A DNA stretch of 32,000 nt, taken from contig NZ_CP011034.1 of assembly GCF_001465295.1 (NCBI RefSeq), forward strand, positions 360,001-392,000. Direction: 5' to 3'. Of this stretch, positions 29,137 to 32,000 are shown piece after piece. The notes under the pieces are model-generated. The model made no database searches. It was not told where the DNA came from and worked only from the letters and a program-made list of their open reading frames with translations. A program made the position numbers and the translations under genes. This DNA comes from Pseudoalteromonas translucida KMM 520. GTDB taxonomy: Bacteria; Pseudomonadota; Gammaproteobacteria; Enterobacterales; Alteromonadaceae. Each line of letters starts with the position of its first letter. Within the stretch, counting starts at the first letter, position 1.

Positions 29137-29350
29137 CTTTATTAAAGCGCTGTGTATGCGAGTAAGGTAAATTAGGTATATATTGTGTTTAAAATTTTTA
29201 CAGAAGTGAGTACTCCTGTTTAAATTTTATGTTGTTTGTGGGTAGCTTACCTCTTGTTATACTTGCTTATAGAGTTAATGCAATTGGTATTGAACGAAAA
29301 AAATAGCTAAAACATCACGTTTTAGGATGTAATTTTATAGTGGATGTCGA

Positions 29351-29782
29351 ATGGATCAATATATTGAATTTATCACCAATCACCCAATTTTAAGTGCAGC
29401 TTGGGTGGGTATTGTGTTTCTTATTGTTAGTGGTTGGATCAAAAGTAAACTCTCAGCAGTGCGCCAAATAAACCCTCAGCAGTTAACGCTGCTTATCAAC
29501 CGTGAAGACGGTCAAGTTATTGATATGCGTGCGCAAAAAGAGTTTAACACCGGGCATATTGCCGGTGCTCAGCATTTAAGCCCTGAAAATGCGAAAAAAT
29601 CTGACTTTTCAAGCCTTGAAAAGTATAAGAGCAAACCCATTATATTGGTATGTACTACAGGTATGACCGCTTCAGGAACTGCAACCGCTATGCATAAAGC
29701 GGGTTTTGAGCAGGTAAGTGTGTTATCTGGTGGTATGGGCGCGTGGCAATCTGCGAGCTTACCAACTACAACCGGTCGCTAA
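29351..29782 (+). CDS. yibN: Membrane-anchored rhodanese-domain protein (YibN-like)
   Basis: 143 aa. The N-terminal TM NHPILSAAWVGIVFLIV parallels E. coli YibN (RHPILSIAWIALLVAV). The rhodanese fold has a putative active-site Cys in ILVCTTGMTAS. It lies upstream of grxC-secB-gpsA, as in E. coli. Confidence 0.85.
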   Translation: MDQYIEFITNHPILSAAWVGIVFLIVSGWIKSKLSAVRQINPQQLTLLINREDGQVIDMRAQKEFNTGHIAGAQHLSPENAKKSDFSSLEKYKSKPIILVCTTGMTASGTATAMHKAGFEQVSVLSGGMGAWQSASLPTTTGR

Positions 29783-29813
29783 TAAATATTAGCAGTCCGA
29801 TAGAGGATATATT

Positions 29814-30083
29814 ATGAGTAATGTTGTTTTATACACCAAAGCGTATTGCCCTTTTTGTCAACGTGCTCGTGCACTTTTAGACAGTAAAGGCGTGCAATAC
29901 ACAAACTTTGATATTGGTGTACAGCCTGAACTGCGTGATGAAATGATCGCCAAAGCAGGCGGCGCAAGCACGGTACCGCAAATCTTTATTAATGATGAGC
30001 ATATAGGTGGCTGCGACGACATGATGGCAATAGAAGCACAAGGTCAACTTGATAAAAAGCTAAATGCCACACAAAACGCTTAA
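29814..30083 (+). CDS. grxC: Glutaredoxin 3
   Basis: 89 aa with the CPFC active site (YTKAYCPFCQRARALL), TVPQIFI and GGCDD motifs. AGAGGA SD. Confidence 0.93.
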   Translation: MSNVVLYTKAYCPFCQRARALLDSKGVQYTNFDIGVQPELRDEMIAKAGGASTVPQIFINDEHIGGCDDMMAIEAQGQLDKKLNATQNA

Positions 30084-30123
30084 ATTTTAACTAATTATAA
30101 TAACGAACAGGTTAAGGATTACA

Positions 30124-30612
30124 ATGAACGAAGAAACGCAAAACGCAGCAGCACAACAAGAAACTGGCGCACAATTTACTATTCAACGTATTTACACAAA
30201 AGACGTGTCGTTTGAAACGCCAAACTCTCCAGCTATTTTTCAAAAAGAATGGACACCAGAAGTTAAGTTAGACCTAGACACTCGCTCTAATAAGTTAGAC
30301 GAAGGTGTATTTGAAGTGGTTTTAGCACTAACAGTGACTGCATCTATTGGCGAAGAAACGGCCTTTTTATGTGAAATTCAACAAGCAGGTATTTTTACTA
30401 TTGCTGACGTTGAAGAAACACAACTTGCTCATATGCTTGGTGCATTTTGCCCTAACGTATTGTTTCCATATGCGCGTGAAGCAGTTTCTAACCTTGTTAA
30501 CCGTGGTACTTTTCCACAGCTTAACCTTGCGCCAGTTAACTTTGACGCATTATTTGCACAATACATGCAACAACGCACAGCGCAAGCTGAGCAGGCATCA
30601 GTAGACGCATAA
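30124..30612 (+). CDS. secB: Protein-export chaperone SecB
   Basis: 162 aa. [34 protein letters not shown] and [36 protein letters not shown] closely match SecB. Confidence 0.95.
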   Translation: MNEETQNAAAQQETGAQFTIQRIYTKDVSFETPNSPAIFQKEWTPEVKLDLDTRSNKLDEGVFEVVLALTVTASIGEETAFLCEIQQAGIFTIADVEETQLAHMLGAFCPNVLFPYAREAVSNLVNRGTFPQLNLAPVNFDALFAQYMQQRTAQAEQASVDA

Positions 30613-30615
30613 ATT

Positions 30616-31623
30616 ATGAGTACAGCAACTTCAGCTGTTACTGTATTAGGGGCGGGGTCTTATGGCACCGCCCTTGCTATTTGCTTAGCCCGAAATGGTC
30701 ACCAAGTGACACTTTGGGGTCGCAATAGCGACGACGTTGCCACGCTTGCAGCTGAGCGAAAAAATCAACGTTACTTACCTGATATTCCTTTTCCCGACAC
30801 TTTAACTCTTGAAGCCGACTTGCAACGTGCTGCTGCAAGTAATGAAATAGTGTTAGTGGTTGTGCCTAGCCATGCATTTGGCGACACCTTAAAGCAAATT
30901 AAACCAGCTTTACAGCAAGGCGCAAAAGTTGCGTGGGCAACGAAAGGGCTAGAGCCAAATACCGGGCGCTTATTACAAGAAGTTGCAGTGCAAGAGCTTG
31001 GTGATGCAATTCCATTAGCGGTGCTTTCGGGGCCAACATTTGCTAAAGAAATGGCCATGGGATCGCCTACTGCTATTTCGGTTTCATCCACCTCTACAGA
31101 ATTTGCCAAGCAGTTAGCTGATTTACTGCATTGCGGTCGCTCATTTAGAGTGTACAACAATGATGATTTTATTGGCATACAGCTAGGTGGTGCGGTTAAA
31201 AACGTTATTGCTATTGGTGCAGGCATTTCCGATGGCGTAGGTTTTGGCGCTAATGCACGCACGGCACTAATTACTCGCGGCCTTGCTGAGCTAACACGCT
31301 TAGGTTGTGCTTTGGGCGCAAAACCCGAAACCTTTATGGGGATGGCAGGCCTTGGCGATTTAATTTTAACCTGCACAGATAACCAGTCACGTAATCGTCG
31401 TTTTGGTTTAGCGTTAGGTAAAGGCGAAAGCGTAGAGGCTGCAATAGAGTCTATAGGCCAAGTGGTCGAAGGCTTTAGAAACACCAAAGAAGTGTATTTA
31501 TTAGCGCAGCGCAGCGGTGTAGAAATGCCAATCACCGAGCAAATTTATAAAGTGCTGTACGAAAATAAAGACATGAAAGAAGCGGCTATGGCCTTATTAG
31601 GCCGAGAGCAGCGCTCAGAATAA
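30616..31623 (+). CDS. gpsA: NAD(P)H-dependent glycerol-3-phosphate dehydrogenase
   Basis: 335 aa with [10 protein letters not shown] (Rossmann), [22 protein letters not shown] and [13 protein letters not shown]. The start lies 3 nt after the secB stop. Confidence 0.96.
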   Translation: MSTATSAVTVLGAGSYGTALAICLARNGHQVTLWGRNSDDVATLAAERKNQRYLPDIPFPDTLTLEADLQRAAASNEIVLVVVPSHAFGDTLKQIKPALQQGAKVAWATKGLEPNTGRLLQEVAVQELGDAIPLAVLSGPTFAKEMAMGSPTAISVSSTSTEFAKQLADLLHCGRSFRVYNNDDFIGIQLGGAVKNVIAIGAGISDGVGFGANARTALITRGLAELTRLGCALGAKPETFMGMAGLGDLILTCTDNQSRNRRFGLALGKGESVEAAIESIGQVVEGFRNTKEVYLLAQRSGVEMPITEQIYKVLYENKDMKEAAMALLGREQRSE

Positions 31624-31646
31624 AAGGGCAGCTTTCATAAAGCTAA

Positions 31647-31838
31647 ATTTTAGGTGTCAGATTTTAGGTATCAGGTTTTAGGTAGAAATTAGCCAAGCTC
31701 GGTGTGTGGGTTAAACCGCAGACGGGCTTAATGTCGCGCAGGTTAAGCTTTAAACCCTGCGCGAGGTAAACTTCCACCTACAAGTTAGGCGCTTGGTTTA
31801 TATCATTTACCTAAAACCTTGCGCCTAAAACTCTTTAC
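31647..31838. repeat. Imperfect-palindrome intergenic element with 14-nt subterminal repeats (ERIC/MITE-like), full copy
   Basis: The left end has 3 tandem 14-mers: ATTTTAGGTGTCAG (31647-31660), ATTTTAGGTATCAG (31661-31674) and GTTTTAGGTAGAAA (31675-31688). The right end has 2 inverted 14-mers: CATTTACCTAAAAC (31804-31817) and CTTGCGCCTAAAAC (31818-31831). The interior has nested stems, including TCGCGCAGG/CCTGCGCGA at 31733-31765. Confidence 0.55.
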
Positions 31839-31841
31839 TTC

Positions 31842-32000
31842 TTACTTTGCGCCCGGAAACCCAAGCTGGCGCCACGATTCATACACAAACACCGAAACCG
31901 CGTTAGATAAGTTCATACTGCGGCTATTGGCTTGCATTGGAATGCGCACCCGTTGCTCGTTTGGAAGCGATTGAATTAGCTCATCCGGAAGGCCGCGCGT
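31842..32000 (-). CDS. trmL: tRNA (cytidine34/5-cmnm-uridine34-2'-O)-methyltransferase, 3' end (partial)
   Basis: The reverse frame reads ...[51 protein letters not shown]. This is the SPOUT/TrmL (YibK) C-terminal knot motif RIPM...RS(L/M)NLSNAV..V.YE.WRQ. The stop is at 31842-31844. Confidence 0.85.
   Translation of the reverse strand, partial: TRGLPDELIQSLPNEQRVRIPMQANSRSMNLSNAVSVFVYESWRQLGFPGAK

Noticed and set aside
30771-31535. A 254-aa ORF antisense to gpsA.
   Set aside because: It is fully nested opposite a gene with strong GpsA homology. Its composition (Ser/Pro/Ala-rich) is typical of antisense read-through and no motif is recognisable.
31781-31831. A GTTAGGC core (GTTRRRY) and GCCTAAAAC that might suggest an integron attC site.
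   Set aside because: The inverse core is not RYYYAAC. No integrase or cassette array is nearby, both flanks are core genes, and the architecture with multiple 14-nt subterminal repeats differs from attC.

Overview
This window is a core-chromosome segment of a roughly 40% GC gammaproteobacterium. Gene content and synteny look Alteromonadales or Pseudoalteromonas-like, which is an inference I cannot verify here. I call 26 complete and 2 partial CDS. Nearly all are confidently recognisable housekeeping genes, arranged in blocks also known from E. coli. The blocks are purH; dusB-fis; prmA; rpsU-yqeY-dnaG-rpoD; rsmD divergent from ftsY/ftsEX-rpoH; gor divergent from prlC-rsmJ; gpmI-envC-ctpA-yibQ divergent from yibN-grxC-secB-gpsA; and the trmL 3' end. 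The only niche-type genes are a dCache/HAMP methyl-accepting chemotaxis protein and a small MscS-like channel between rpoH and gor. I see no tRNA or rRNA genes, CRISPR array, transposase, integrase, phage gene or defence-type gene, and I could not find a novel multi-gene system. Every long ORF that is not nested antisense inside a better gene has a housekeeping assignment. The unusual signals are below gene level or non-coding. (1) The FtsY acidic A-domain is expanded by a 255-bp duplication plus 15 in-frame 45-bp tandem repeats, including three nucleotide-identical units. (2) A structured, imperfect-palindrome intergenic element with 14-nt TTTTAGGT subterminal repeats occurs as a full copy after gpsA and a shorter copy after rsmJ. 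(3) The 629-bp gpmI/yibN spacer has no ORF but carries exact repeated motifs, an extended -10-like palindrome and a 12+12 AT-rich palindrome. (4) A structured, terminator-bearing 234-bp spacer splits ftsY from ftsEX. (5) There are candidate regulatory hairpins and promoters at rpoH, prlC and rpsU. All coordinates were derived by hand from the sequence. No database search was run.
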